Source: Nitrospirota bacterium | GTDB taxonomy: Bacteria; Nitrospirota; Thermodesulfovibrionia; Thermodesulfovibrionales; JdFR-86 | Assembly (NCBI GenBank): GCA_963721805.1 | Contig: CAVRJY010000001.1 | Location: 1,440,001 to 1,504,000, forward strand | Length of the DNA: 64,000 nt | Direction of reading: 5' to 3' | Part shown: positions 9,520 to 19,748 of the stretch, piece by piece | How the letters are laid out: each line of letters opens with the position of its first letter | Numbering within the stretch: position 1 is the stretch's first letter | Translations under genes and position numbers: made by a program | The notes under the pieces: generated by a model | Told to the model about the DNA's origin: nothing | What the model saw: the letters and a program-made list of their open reading frames with translations, nothing else | Databases searched by the model: none

Positions 9520-10820
9520 TCAGAGAGGCAACCTGCCGTCCAGGGAGTGACGCCTGGCGCGGACGATCTCGACGTGGACGGTCTGGTTGATAAGCGCGGG
9601 GTCGCCCGGGAGGTTGACGACCTTGTTGGTGCGGGTGCGGCCGGTAAGCATAGCGGGGTCGGTCTCGCTCGGGCCCTCGACGAGCACTTCGAGCACCGAG
9701 CCGACGAGCGGGATGTTAATCTCGAGCGTGATAGCATCCTGAAGCTCGAGTATCTCGCCCAGCCTCGCGGACGAGACCGCCTCGTCGAGCTGGCCATCCA
9801 TAGTGGCGGCCTTGGTGCCCGGCCGGGGTGAGTACTTGAATGCGAATATGCCGTCGTACCGGACCTCGCGGAGCATACGCACGGTGTCTTGGTGGTCCGC
9901 GTCCGTCTCGCCGGGGAACCCGGCTATGATGTCGGTCGTGAGGGCGATACTCGGCACCCTGGCCCGGAGTCGCCTGACCTTGTCGAGGTATGCCTCGGCG
10001 GTATACCCCCGGTTCATTAACCGCAGTATGCGGGTCGAGCCGGACTGCATCGGCAGGTGCAGGTGCTCGCAGAGCTTCGGAAGCTCGGCTATCGCGTCGA
10101 TGAGCGCATCCGAGAGGTCGCGGGGGTGAGAGGTTACGAACCTCACGCGCTCGATCCCCCCTACCCGGTCTATCGCCCTGAGCAGGGAAGGGAAGTCCAG
10201 GTCGCTCTTGTATGAGTTGACGTTCTGTCCGAGCAGCGTCACCTCTTTGCATCCGTCGCGACCCAGGGCCTCGATCTCGACGATGATGCTCCGCAGACGG
10301 GCGGCTGCGCTCGCGGCCGCGCGTGTATGGCACTATGCAGTAGCTAGCAGAAGTTGTTGCAGCCGTACATGATCGAGACCCATGCGCGCGCCCTATCCTT
10401 CCGGCTGACCGGAAGCTCCATCAGCGCGATCTCGGGATTGTCCTCGACCGCTATGCCGGTCGTGGCCGCAAGCAGCCCCGGCAGGGTATGGAGGTTCTGG
10501 GGGCCGATCACGTAGTCCACGACGCCCTCGACCGACTGAAACAGCTTGTCGCCCATCTGCTGGGCTATGCAGCCGGCGGCGACGACCTTGAGATCGGGGC
10601 GCTGCTTCTTGATGGCCTTGAGGCGGCCCAGTTCGCTCATGAACTTCTGTTCGGCCTTCTGGCGGATGGAGCAGGTATTGAAGACTATAATGTCGGCATC
10701 CTCGTATGAGCCGGTCTCGGTGTGGCCCTCGTTCATTAGCAACCCGGCCATCTTTTCGGAATCGTGGACGTTCATTTGGCAGCCGAAGGTATGGATGTGA
10801 AATCGTTTCCCGTTACTCAT
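9520..10820 (-). CDS. miaB: tRNA i6A37 methylthiotransferase; two apparent single-base frameshifts near 10345 and 10290
   Basis: TFGCQMNVHDSE, NTCSIR, GCNNFC-(shift)-YCIVPYTRGRERSR-(shift)-TLLGQNVNSY, FKYSPRPGT and TRAM domain across three frames. Confidence 0.9.
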
Positions 10821-10873
10821 AACCAGATATTATCTCAAATGGGGGCTGGGTATCGCAATTGAAGCCCTTTCTG

Positions 10874-10996
10874 AAAGCGCGCGAAACTCGCGTGATACGT
10901 TGTCACGGCTCGAAAGCCGCTCCCTCGGAGTACATCACGGTACACCTGCGGTCGGCTTTCTCGCCGTTCCTAGTCTGACACGATTTCTCGCGCTTT
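10874..10996 (+). repeat. 123-bp imperfect palindromic intergenic element, copy 1
   Basis: AAAGCGCG...CGCGCTTT termini, internal ACGGC..GAAAGCCG/CGGCTTTC..GCCGT arms and a GTAC-N6-GTAC centre; closely similar to the reverse complement of 16458-16579. Confidence 0.85.
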
Positions 10997-11088
10997 GCGG
11001 GGTTAGACGCGGCACAGCCGCTGGACCCCGCACCCCAAGGTCAACGGCTTTAATTGGATAGCCATGGTGTAGAGAGTTATACTAAGCC

Positions 11089-11885
11089 ATGATCCACTGG
11101 ATACGAGACCACAGGCGCGCGGAACTAAGAAAGCGGCCGTTCCCGGCTGAATGGGAGGCGATAGTGCGCCGAAACGTGGCGCACTACTGCGTGCTGGACG
11201 ACGCGGAGCGCGCCGAACTTCAGGCGATGATGCAGGTATTCATCGAGGAGAAGCACTGGGAGGGCTGTGGCGGCCTTGAACTCACCGAGGAGATGAGGTG
11301 ATCATCGCGGCGCAGGCCTGCCTGTTGCAGCTCGGGCTAGCGCATGACTATTACCGCAATGTGCAGTCGATCCTTGTCTATCCCTCGACCGTGGTGCCGC
11401 CGGAGTATCACCCCGGGGTGTTCGAGCGGGTGGACGGCCCGGTGGCCTCTCCGGTTCCCTTATTAGGTCAGGCATTCAGCCAGGGGCCGGTGATACTGGT
11501 CTGGGACGCGGTCTTGCGCGGTGCGCGCCACCCGGAACAGGGGCATAATCTTGTCTATCATGAGTTCAGCCACAAGCTCGACATGCTGGACGGTGCCGCT
11601 GACGGCACGCCGCCGATAGCGGACAAGGCCCAGTTCGCGGAGTGGGTGGTGGTGTGCTCCAGAGAGTTCCTGCGGCTTAGGGGCCTTGCCGCCAAGGGAC
11701 ATAAGACGTTCCTCGACTCATACGGCGCTACAAACGAGGCCGAGTTCTTCGCGGTCGCGACTGAGGAGTTCTTCGACAGGCCGCTTGCACTTAAAGAACA
11801 TGCCCCGGCGCTATACCATGTCCTGAGCGCCTACTACCGCCAAGACCCGGCGGGACGCGTCAACCGCACCTGTCCCATTAAGTAG
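11089..11885 (+). CDS. MtfA-family (peptidase M90) zinc-dependent peptidase; one frameshift near 11298
   Basis: EGCGGLE..IAAQACLL, ILVYP, NLVYHEFSHKLD, YGATNEAEFFAVATEEFF, YYRQDP; two ORFs joined by one indel. Confidence 0.85.
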
Positions 11886-12032
11886 TTGGTGATGTTAATA
11901 CGCTAACTCAAAAAATCTTCAACATTTTTTTCGAGCCAAGACATGCAAGCTCGGAAATGTGCTAGATCATCATCAGATATATTCTTAGCGTGTGCGTCAA
12001 TCCTATGTTTATTTATAACCTTCATCTTTAAC

Positions 12033-12628
12033 GAAAACCATGCCAGTATGCCCCGTGGCTTGCCACGGGGATGAATGGCATCCCTGCCGGGGGGATGTAA
12101 GGGGGGCTGGAAGTCCCCCTTTCCCGCCGAGGCAATTGCGGGCTATCATGAGGCATGGGGTTACGCAGGACGAGTCACGCTGTATATGACACCGGGTACC
12201 ATCTGGTATGGTGTCCTAAGTATCGCAAGAGACTGTTCGCGCAAAGTTACATGCGCGAGCGGTGCGCGGAACTTTTCAGGGAGATAGCTGAAGAGTATGA
12301 ATATGAGATAGTGGAGATGGAAGTGGCGGAGGACCATGTGCATATATTTCTATCGTTCCCGCCACGGTACTCGATAGGGGTGGTGGTCAGAACCCTGAAA
12401 AGTATCAGCGCCCGTGAGCTGTTCAAGCAATACCCATCGCTGAGGCAAAGACTATGGAAGGGTGAGCTGTGGGAGGATGGGTACTTTGCGCGGACAGTCG
12501 GGGACAGCTTGACCTCGGAAATGATCCGCAAATACATACGCGGCCACAGAGCAGAGAAGCAATTGCCTGCGCAGCTGGACTTATAGCTGCGCCACGGATG
12601 CCCCGTGGCTTGCCACGGGGAGCTTCAC
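12033..12628 (+). mobile_element. IS200/IS605-family insertion sequence (tnpA only, 596 bp)
   Basis: Identical subterminal hairpins CCCCGTGGCTTGCCACGGGG at 12051-12070 and 12601-12620; follows TTTAAC, ends TTCAC; no target duplication; ends ambiguous by 2 bp. Confidence 0.9.
12155..12586 (+). CDS. tnpA: IS200/IS605 Y1 (HUH) transposase
   Basis: YHLVWCPKYR, DHVHIF (HUH), LWxxGYF, catalytic Tyr in KYI. Confidence 0.95.
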   Translation: MGLRRTSHAVYDTGYHLVWCPKYRKRLFAQSYMRERCAELFREIAEEYEYEIVEMEVAEDHVHIFLSFPPRYSIGVVVRTLKSISARELFKQYPSLRQRLWKGELWEDGYFARTVGDSLTSEMIRKYIRGHRAEKQLPAQLDL

Positions 12629-14651
12629 TCAAAATCGCTAAGATCTTTGCCGAATATGTTTTTGAAGGTCGGCCATTCTTTTGAAATAATATTTGTCAAA
12701 TCTCGAAAGTAAATTTCACAAATATTGGGGTCGAATAAATCCTTATAAGAAATTGCTTGATATTTCTTTGATCTAGGTTCGGCATATATTTTTAAGACAT
12801 TTGCTTTTGCTTTATTTTGACCTAATTGTGCTAAGAGTTGTGATTTGATTATTTTCCTGATTTTGGGTTCAATAAGATTTCTTCTCTCGGAAATCTCACT
12901 AATTTTTTCTTCTTTTGTTAGTTTCATTTTTTTAAATTTATTTTTCTTAAGGAGGTATTTGTTAATTGCATCAATTCTAAAATCATATTGTCCGCGCTGA
13001 TTCTTCTCAATAATGCCATATCCTATTAAGTGATTAGTATATTCAGGTGAATTTTCAGCTAAGGTATGGAAGAAATCAATGTCGCCCAGAGCTAGTTGTT
13101 TTAACATTTCGTATTCGTCAGGATAATTCCTTTCTAACACGTCTAAAACCATTTCAAAGTAGTCAGAGTGTCTATCCTCGAATTCTTGTTTGCAATTGTT
13201 GTATAAAATTCTGTCAATATTAGTTGGGCGATCTCCATTACTATTCAGATGGATATAACTGCATAGTTGTCTAATTAAGAATGGATGTCCGCCATAGTCC
13301 TCTGTTAATTTTGCAAATAATACATCATCAAATCTCAAGCCCATAAAGTTACCAAGTTTGGAAACCATATCTTGAGTTTGAGATACACCGAATCTTTCAA
13401 TATAATAAAATGGAACTGAGTTATAGATTGGGTTGTCTTTTCCATTAATACTTGATTTTTCGACACACATAGGATTGGTTCCTACTATGCAATATGAAAA
13501 GATATTATCCAGCGCTTGAAAAGATGATCGAATAGACTGCCAGAAGAAAATAAAGTCGTTGTCGTGAGCCCAATGAGTTGATGCTGAAATGTTGAAGGTT
13601 ATATTCTCAATCTCATCGAAAAAAATCAGTATTTGTTTATCGCCAAGTTTTCTATGTAACTTCTGAATATCTTCTCTAAAGAGTATCGCAGCGTTTTTTT
13701 CTGTATATTCATTTTCTGGTCTTATTTCGGTTGACAGATGAAAAGTATCTTTCAATTTGTTAACAATAAAATGCAACGCTTCATTCCATCGTCTCCTATT
13801 AAAAGACGTGTCCTGACAATCAATAACAATTGAAACATCTTCATCTCTAGCAAGCGCTCGCTGGACGCCATAAATTACAGATGTTTTACCTGATTTTCTT
13901 AAGCCAAATAATCCAGAGTTTTCATTGGAGTGATGTCGACTAATTATGTCATGCACAATATCTCTTCTGCCAAAGAAATATAAATCCTTTTTTAGGGCTG
14001 ATTGGAAGGAAAATAGATCGCGCGAAAAAAAATGTTTCTTAAATCTATTAATTAGAAAGAACGAGTCGTCATTGCTTTGAAGCTCATCATAAGAAAAAGG
14101 CACAACAATCTGGAGTTCTTTGTCTTGCATCAATAGGTCAGAGATTTTTGATCCTATATTGTTGTCCTTGCTAATGAAAACACTACAGATTCTTTCAATG
14201 CGCAAAGTCTGATGCATCTTTACTACTTCATCAATTGAATCTAATGCCCTTGGCTCAAAATCAGGATATGCGCTAAAAATAACAATGATTTCCCTTTCGA
14301 TATTAAACATTTCGCTATAATGTTGAGTCGCCTTCATTAGTAGGTAGTTATAGCTGCTTTTTATTTTGTTTCCCATCGTAACTGTACCACTTCTTGTAAC
14401 ATACCATTCTTTAGAAAGCTTACCTATCACTTGTTGCTCCTCTGAAGTAAATCCATACAATTTAACTTGAGGATGACGTCCCGGTACGACGACTCTATTC
14501 ACTTAAAGCCTCCCTATACAAATATTAAATAACAGTATAATACATAGATAATCAATTAAATTCAATATGTATATAATGTCTGAAATAATGCTATTGTTGA
14601 GCAACAAACGGTTTAGTTTCGCTATTCTCCCCATACCACACAACCCCGGAA

Positions 14652-15851
14652 TGTAAAGGTTACGCTCTTACCGGACAGTATCAGGCTGGAAAAAGCAGGC
14701 GGCAGCCAGCCCTTCCATCGGTTAGAATGTTTCACCACAAAACACAGACCGAAGGAGGAAGGGCATGACTGCCAAAGAAAAGATATCACAAGGGAGGCTT
14801 TCAATGCTTCAGCTGGCCGAGAGGCTCAGGAACGTGTCGGAGGCCTGTCGCCGCCGGGGGGTGAGCCGCAGCCAGTTTTACGAGTACAAGCGGGCGTTTC
14901 AGGAGCAGGGGTTTGCGGGGCTCGCGGACCTTCCGCCGATAGCGCGTAGCTGTCCCCACAAGACGCCTGAGGAGGCCCGCAAGCGAGTGATCGAGATGAG
15001 CCTTGCTCACCCCCGGTGGGGGAAGCAGCGCATCTTCGAGCACCTGCTTCTGGAGGGCATATTGGTGCGTCCCTCAACTGTGTATCGCATCCAGGTTCGC
15101 GAGGGGCTGGAGTCGAAGGCCAAGCGCATCCTCCGGCTTGAGCAGGAGGCTAACGGCAAGGAGATCGAGCTAACGGAGGAGCAGGTCAAGCTCATCGAGC
15201 GGGCCAATCCGTGCTTCAGGGAAAGGCATGTGGAGAGCGCATATCCGGGCTATCTGCTCAGCCAGGACACCTTCACGGTGGGCAAGCTCAAGGGCATCGG
15301 GACCGTGTATCTGCAGGCCGTGGTGGACACGTACGGCTCTTATGCCTTCGGCAAGCTGTACACGTCGAAGAGGCCCGAGACGGCGGCCGACGTGCTCTAC
15401 GACCGCGTGCTGCCGTTTTACGAGGACCATGGCATCAGGGTCCAGCATGTCCTGACGGACAACGGCTCGGAGTACTGCGGCAAGCTGCTGCGGCATCCGT
15501 ACGAGCTGTTTCTGGCGCTTCACGACATCGCGCATCGAAGGACGAAGGTGGCGACACCGAGGACAAACGGATTCGTGGAGCGGTTTAATCGCACCATCCT
15601 GGACGAGTTCTTCTCGGAGACGTTCAGGTACCGGTTCTACGCATCGCTCGATGAGCTGCAGTATGACCTCGACCGGTGGCTGCACCACTACAACAACGAG
15701 CGCCCTCACAAGGGCTATCGCAACATGGGCAGACGGCCAATAGAAACTATCGAGCTGGGCAAAAAGCTAAGACAGAAAGCTGAGGAGGAGGCCGCCTGAT
15801 CAGTGCGACCGATGAGATGGAAAACTGTCCGGAGAGCACTGGACTTTTACA
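14652..15851 (+). mobile_element. IS481-family insertion sequence (1200 bp) with 8-bp target duplication
   Basis: TGT...ACA ends; imperfect TIRs TGTAAAGGTTACGCTCTTACCGGACAG / TGTAAAAGTCCAGTGCTCTCCGGACAG; CCCCGGAA at 14644-14651 and 15852-15859. Confidence 0.92.
14765..15799 (+). CDS. IS481-family DDE transposase
   Basis: NVSEACRRRGVSRSQFY HTH; QDTF, TDNGSEY, TNGFVERFNRT, YNNERPH. Confidence 0.95.
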   Translation: MTAKEKISQGRLSMLQLAERLRNVSEACRRRGVSRSQFYEYKRAFQEQGFAGLADLPPIARSCPHKTPEEARKRVIEMSLAHPRWGKQRIFEHLLLEGILVRPSTVYRIQVREGLESKAKRILRLEQEANGKEIELTEEQVKLIERANPCFRERHVESAYPGYLLSQDTFTVGKLKGIGTVYLQAVVDTYGSYAFGKLYTSKRPETAADVLYDRVLPFYEDHGIRVQHVLTDNGSEYCGKLLRHPYELFLALHDIAHRRTKVATPRTNGFVERFNRTILDEFFSETFRYRFYASLDELQYDLDRWLHHYNNERPHKGYRNMGRRPIETIELGKKLRQKAEEEAA

Positions 15852-15855
15852 CCCC

Positions 15856-15911
15856 GGAACCAGTCAATAGGAACTGGTTCCATGGAACCAGTTCCTAGGA
15901 ACCAGTTCCCA
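15856..15911. repeat. Four tandem 14-bp units with near-palindromic core GGAAC-NN-GTTCC
   Basis: GGAACCAGTCAATA / GGAACTGGTTCCAT / GGAACCAGTTCCTA / GGAACCAGTTCCCA. Confidence 0.8.
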
Positions 15912-15946
15912 TGGACGCGTTCCGCCCTGCCGTTCTATCATCGCGC

Positions 15947-16378
15947 ATGAAAAAGACAGATGCAGTAAAGAGAGACATGGCAAGGGCGATGGTTGAGGCG
16001 GGACTGACGTACCGCGAGGTAGCGGACAAGCTCGATATAAGCATCGGGACGGTGCACAGCATCGTCGTCGAATAAGGCGGACGACCCTACACCGCTCGCG
16101 CGGGACATCCGCAGCAGGTTCAGTGCGCGGTGCATGATGATGGCGGACGAGATGCTTGGAGGATATCGGAGGCTCAGATATCGCAGCGTCACCGCTAGCA
16201 GCAGGTGATCATCTCGATGGCGATACTGCTGGACAAGGCCGCCGTGCTCGAGAAGGAACAGGCACCCGAGAAAGGCCGCAGCGGCAAACATCCGAACTCC
16301 AAACACGGAGGAGCAGAAATAAATGATGATTTCCAGAGGGTTGAGTCTGCGTCCTTCCCGTTCATCCGAACGCACTAA
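15947..16378 (+). pseudogene. Frameshifted phage-like HTH protein remnant
   Basis: MKKTDAVKRDMARAMVEAGLTYREVADKLDISIGTVHSIV (HTH); after frame changes it continues ...QQVIISMAILLDKAAVLE...; needs several indels. Confidence 0.5.
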
Positions 16379-16457
16379 AAAAATACGCGCGGCGGTATGC
16401 GGTAGGTATGTTCTAACTATGCCGTTGACCGCTCGCACGATTATGCAGGGGAAGGTT

Positions 16458-16579
16458 AAAGCGCGAGAAATCGACTTCAGACTAGGAACGGCGAGAAGAC
16501 CGACCGCAGGTGTACTGTGATGTACTCCGAGGGCGAGGCTTCGAGCCGTGACGACGTATCAAGCGATTTGGCGCGCTTT
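16458..16579 (-). repeat. 122-bp imperfect palindromic intergenic element, copy 2 (inverted relative to copy 1)
   Basis: Reverse complement aligns end to end with 10874-10996, sharing blocks such as CCCTCGGAGTACATCAC, GTACACCTGCGGTCGG, TTCTCGCCGTTCCTAGTCTGA and CGATTTCTCGCGCTTT. Confidence 0.85.
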
Positions 16580-16595
16580 GCGCTAATCGAACAGG

Positions 16596-16853
16596 CTAGT
16601 CAAGTATCGCCGCCTTCTTCTCAATCCCTCTCGCCAGCTCTTCCTGGCCTTTGCAAAGCTGATGCACATCATCCGCCATGCTGAAGAGCGTGAGTACGAG
16701 GGCCTGTATGGTCGTCACATTTGCCGGGGCGACAGAGCATACGTCCCTGACCTTGCCCTCGATCAGGGTCGCGAGGTCGCGCAGGTGTTCCTCGGAGGCC
16801 TCGGCCTTGACCGTATATTTCTGCCCGAGTATGTAGACTTCGGCTGATGCCAT
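16596..16853 (-). CDS. zapA: Cell division protein ZapA
   Basis: EVYILGQKYTVK, ALVLTLFSMADD, coiled-coil tail; follows a ZapB-like gene. Confidence 0.8.
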   Translation of the reverse strand: MASAEVYILGQKYTVKAEASEEHLRDLATLIEGKVRDVCSVAPANVTTIQALVLTLFSMADDVHQLCKGQEELARGIEKKAAILD

Positions 16854-16863
16854 ACCGCCCGCC

Positions 16864-17172
16864 TCAGTTGGATTCGATGGATTCAAGCTCGCCCAGCAGG
16901 TCTTCGATCTGGTCCTTGATGCTGAGTTTCTCGGACGAGAGGGCGCGGATCTCCTCGTCCTTCTCGGCGAGGCGGGACTCCATCTCGCGGAGCTTGAGTT
17001 CGAGCGCGGCCGTCTTTGATTCGAGAGCGGCCTTTTCTTCCTTGAGCTGCTTGACCTTATTTATGGCTGCGGTTATCTTGCTGTCGAGTTCTTTCAGGCG
17101 TTCCACGGGGGCGGTATCCTCCTTTTTTGGGCGCATCGGCGCCGCGTCTGATTCACCGAACAGGGAGTTCAT
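16864..17172 (-). CDS. ZapB-like coiled-coil protein
   Basis: All coiled-coil (LKELDSKI...IEDLLGELE), directly upstream of zapA. Confidence 0.65.
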   Translation of the reverse strand: MNSLFGESDAAPMRPKKEDTAPVERLKELDSKITAAINKVKQLKEEKAALESKTAALELKLREMESRLAEKDEEIRALSSEKLSIKDQIEDLLGELESIESN

Positions 17173-17222
17173 GACGTAATAGGATACCACATCGCGGGGC
17201 GCAATTTCATAGCCGCGGGGCC

Positions 17223-17735
17223 CTACAGGAGGCGCTCGATTTTGCCCATCATCTCGGGGCCGGTCCAGTCCTGCCCGCTGAAGAAGACCTCGATTATATC
17301 GCCTCGCTTGTCTATCAGAAACGTGGTCGGGGTGGAGAAGACATGGTACTTGTGCGAGACGGTCAGACCGTCGTCCTGCAGCACGATGAAGCCGAGCGGG
17401 TGGTCTTCGAGGAAGCCCTTGAGCCTGCGCGTGGAACTGTCGGCCGAGACCGCGATTATCCTGAGCCCGCGCGGCGAGAGCTTGTTGTACAGGGCGTTTA
17501 ACTTCGGCATGTCGTCCACGCAATTCGGGCAGAAAGTGGCCCAGAAATTAAGGAGCACGACCTTGCCCCTGAAAGACGAGAGCGAGAGCGTACCTCCGTC
17601 GAGCGTGTCGAGCGTGAACTCCGGGGCCGGTCCCACGCCGCCAGGCGCATCGTCCTCCGCGAGCGCCGGGCAGGCCAGCGCCAGCACGCAGAGTGCAACA
17701 ATAAGCATTCGGGTCGCCATATGCGTCAGTGCCAT
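17223..17735 (-). CDS. TlpA/ResA-like thiol-disulfide oxidoreductase
   Basis: Signal peptide, APEFTL, LNFWATFCPNC, PTTFLIDKRG. Confidence 0.9.
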   Translation of the reverse strand: MALTHMATRMLIVALCVLALACPALAEDDAPGGVGPAPEFTLDTLDGGTLSLSSFRGKVVLLNFWATFCPNCVDDMPKLNALYNKLSPRGLRIIAVSADSSTRRLKGFLEDHPLGFIVLQDDGLTVSHKYHVFSTPTTFLIDKRGDIIEVFFSGQDWTGPEMMGKIERLL

Positions 17736-17828
17736 CGAATCCCCCCCATCAGAACGAAATGAACGGCTATTAATTAACTTATCGAAGCTGGGGGGTGGGA
17801 AGTCAAGTTGGGCGCTAAAGCTCTAACT

Positions 17829-19748
17829 TTAAAGTGAGCCGAGGGTCCCGATGTACTGCGGGTAAATCCTGTAGTGGTAGTATGACGATAGGATGCGCTT
17901 GACGTAATCGCGCGTCTCCTGATAGGGGATGTCCTCGATGAACTCGTCGGGGTCGCGCAGGCGCTTTGCGTGGTCCATCCACGAGTGGACCTTGTCGGCC
18001 CCGGCGTTGTAAGCGGCCAGGGCGCGCGGCACCGAGTTGAACTCCCTGATCAGCGTGGCGAGATAGTGCACGCCCATGCGGATGTTGTTGTCGGCGTCCA
18101 TGATCGAGACCCGGTCCGAGACGCCCTTGATGTTCAGGCTCGATGCCATGCGGTGCGCGGTCTGGGGCATGAGCTGCATGAGCCCTATCGCACCGGCAGG
18201 GGAGTACGCCTCGGGGTCATACCTGCTCTCCTCGCGGATCACCGAGAGGACGAGGAACGGGTCGATGCCGTTATGCAGGGCCGCGTCCGAGATCACCGGC
18301 CAGTAGGCCATGGGATAGAGTATGTCGTCAGGGCGCGGCTCGTCCTTGATCCTGTATATCGCGGCGAGCGCGTCGTGGTAGCGGCCGAGGTCCTTAAGCC
18401 GGTAGGCGGCCTCGGTTACCCGGCGGTCGTCGTGCGCGGTCTCGGCCCTGGCGAGCAGCTCGCGCCCGGCCTCCTCGCCGAGCCCGACCGCCACGAGCGC
18501 GTCTATGCGCTCGTCAGGGGTGATGCAGGGCGCGGCCGACTGTACGGGAGGTGGCGGGGCCGGGGCCTTTTTGTATACGTGAGCCATGAGGCCGTAGAAG
18601 CCGTTATCGTCGATCTTTGCATATATATGTCCCGCGCCCTTGCCAGCGCGCTCAGTGGCGCGGCCCTCCCAGTAGAGGTACCGCGGGGATTTGTACGTGT
18701 CGTAGAGCGAGGAGAAGACGCTGGCGGCGCTGTTGTAATTGCCCACGGCATACAGCGTCCAGCCCATGCGCCATACCGCCTCCTCGCGCAGGGACGCAGA
18801 GACGTCCGAGACCTTCACGAATATGCCGAGCGCCTCGGCCGCATGGCCCTCGCGGCGCTTCTCCTCGCCCATCGCGATCAGGAGCTCGCCGGCCTTGGGC
18901 TCGCGCGCCGCGACGAGCGCCTGCATCACGGCCTCGAACTTCGCGATCTTCCCGGCCCTCAGGTAAGAGCGCGCGGCGAGGTAGCCCTGCCCCACCCCCT
19001 CGCAGACCGGCCCGGCCTCGGCGTACCGCTTCTGCCTGAAGAGGCAGTATGCGAGCTTCTCGGTCGCGGCGTTACTGATCGCCGGGGGCAGAGACATCTG
19101 CATAGCCTTCTTGATAGTCGCCTCGGCCTCGGCGTACTCCATCGCGTCTATCAGGTTAGCCGAGCGGGTGAGCAGATCATCCGCGCTGAGGGCCGAGGTG
19201 TCGATCTCCAGCGCGGCGGCCTTCGCATTGCGGCCCGCGCGGATGTAGATATCCTTGAACAATTTTCGCGCGCGGCCGGTATCCCCCGAGCGCTTGAGCA
19301 CCGTAGCAAGCAGGAACTCAGCATCGGCGTCGGCCGGGTGCTGCGCAGTGTACTTATCAAGTTCGGCGAGCAGGCGGGCGTCTTGGCCCGAGTCCTTCAG
19401 CACCTGTATGAGCAGGGCCTCGCGCCTGGCAGGGGAATCCGGGTATGCGCGGGCCATTTCATTGAGCGCGTCCTCTGCCATGCCATAGGACTTGAGCCCG
19501 TCGAGCGCCTTGGCGCGGAAGTAGAGCGCGAAGTCTCCGAGCACGGGCAGCGAGGATCGGGCGGAGGTAAACTTCTCGGCAGCCGAGGCATAGTCGCCGG
19601 AGCGGTAGCGTTGCAACGCATCCCTGAAGACCCTTATGCCGTCTTCGTTTGCGGCGATTGCTAATGAAGGGACGATGAGGATGACAACGAGGACTAACGC
19701 TAAGAAGGAGGGAGTATGGAGGCGGCGAGCGGACTTGAACCGCTGCAT
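17829..19748 (-). CDS. Soluble lytic transglycosylase (TPR-like repeats + SLT domain)
   Basis: IREESRY, AIGLMQLMPQTA, ALAAYNAG, IPYQETRDYVKRI; signal peptide; start placed at the ATG inside tRNA-Cys. Confidence 0.85.
   Translation of the reverse strand: MQRFKSARRLHTPSFLALVLVVILIVPSLAIAANEDGIRVFRDALQRYRSGDYASAAEKFTSARSSLPVLGDFALYFRAKALDGLKSYGMAEDALNEMARAYPDSPARREALLIQVLKDSGQDARLLAELDKYTAQHPADADAEFLLATVLKRSGDTGRARKLFKDIYIRAGRNAKAAALEIDTSALSADDLLTRSANLIDAMEYAEAEATIKKAMQMSLPPAISNAATEKLAYCLFRQKRYAEAGPVCEGVGQGYLAARSYLRAGKIAKFEAVMQALVAAREPKAGELLIAMGEEKRREGHAAEALGIFVKVSDVSASLREEAVWRMGWTLYAVGNYNSAASVFSSLYDTYKSPRYLYWEGRATERAGKGAGHIYAKIDDNGFYGLMAHVYKKAPAPPPPVQSAAPCITPDERIDALVAVGLGEEAGRELLARAETAHDDRRVTEAAYRLKDLGRYHDALAAIYRIKDEPRPDDILYPMAYWPVISDAALHNGIDPFLVLSVIREESRYDPEAYSPAGAIGLMQLMPQTAHRMASSLNIKGVSDRVSIMDADNNIRMGVHYLATLIREFNSVPRALAAYNAGADKVHSWMDHAKRLRDPDEFIEDIPYQETRDYVKRILSSYYHYRIYPQYIGTLGSL

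Larger units (their letters stand above)
11903..14502 (-). pseudogene. AT-rich P-loop ATPase with HEPN-like C-terminus, interrupted by an IS200/IS605 element (667 aa if the IS is removed)
   Basis: FFGRR, Walker A GLRKSGKTS, Walker B ILIFFDEIE, GGHPFLIRQLCS; removing 12033-12628 restores the frame ...DFE-LKMKVINKHRIDAHAKN...EDFLS* ending at 11903. Confidence 0.8.

Noticed and set aside
15856..15911. CRISPR array
   Set aside because: Units are 14 bp and directly adjacent, with no spacers and no cas genes.
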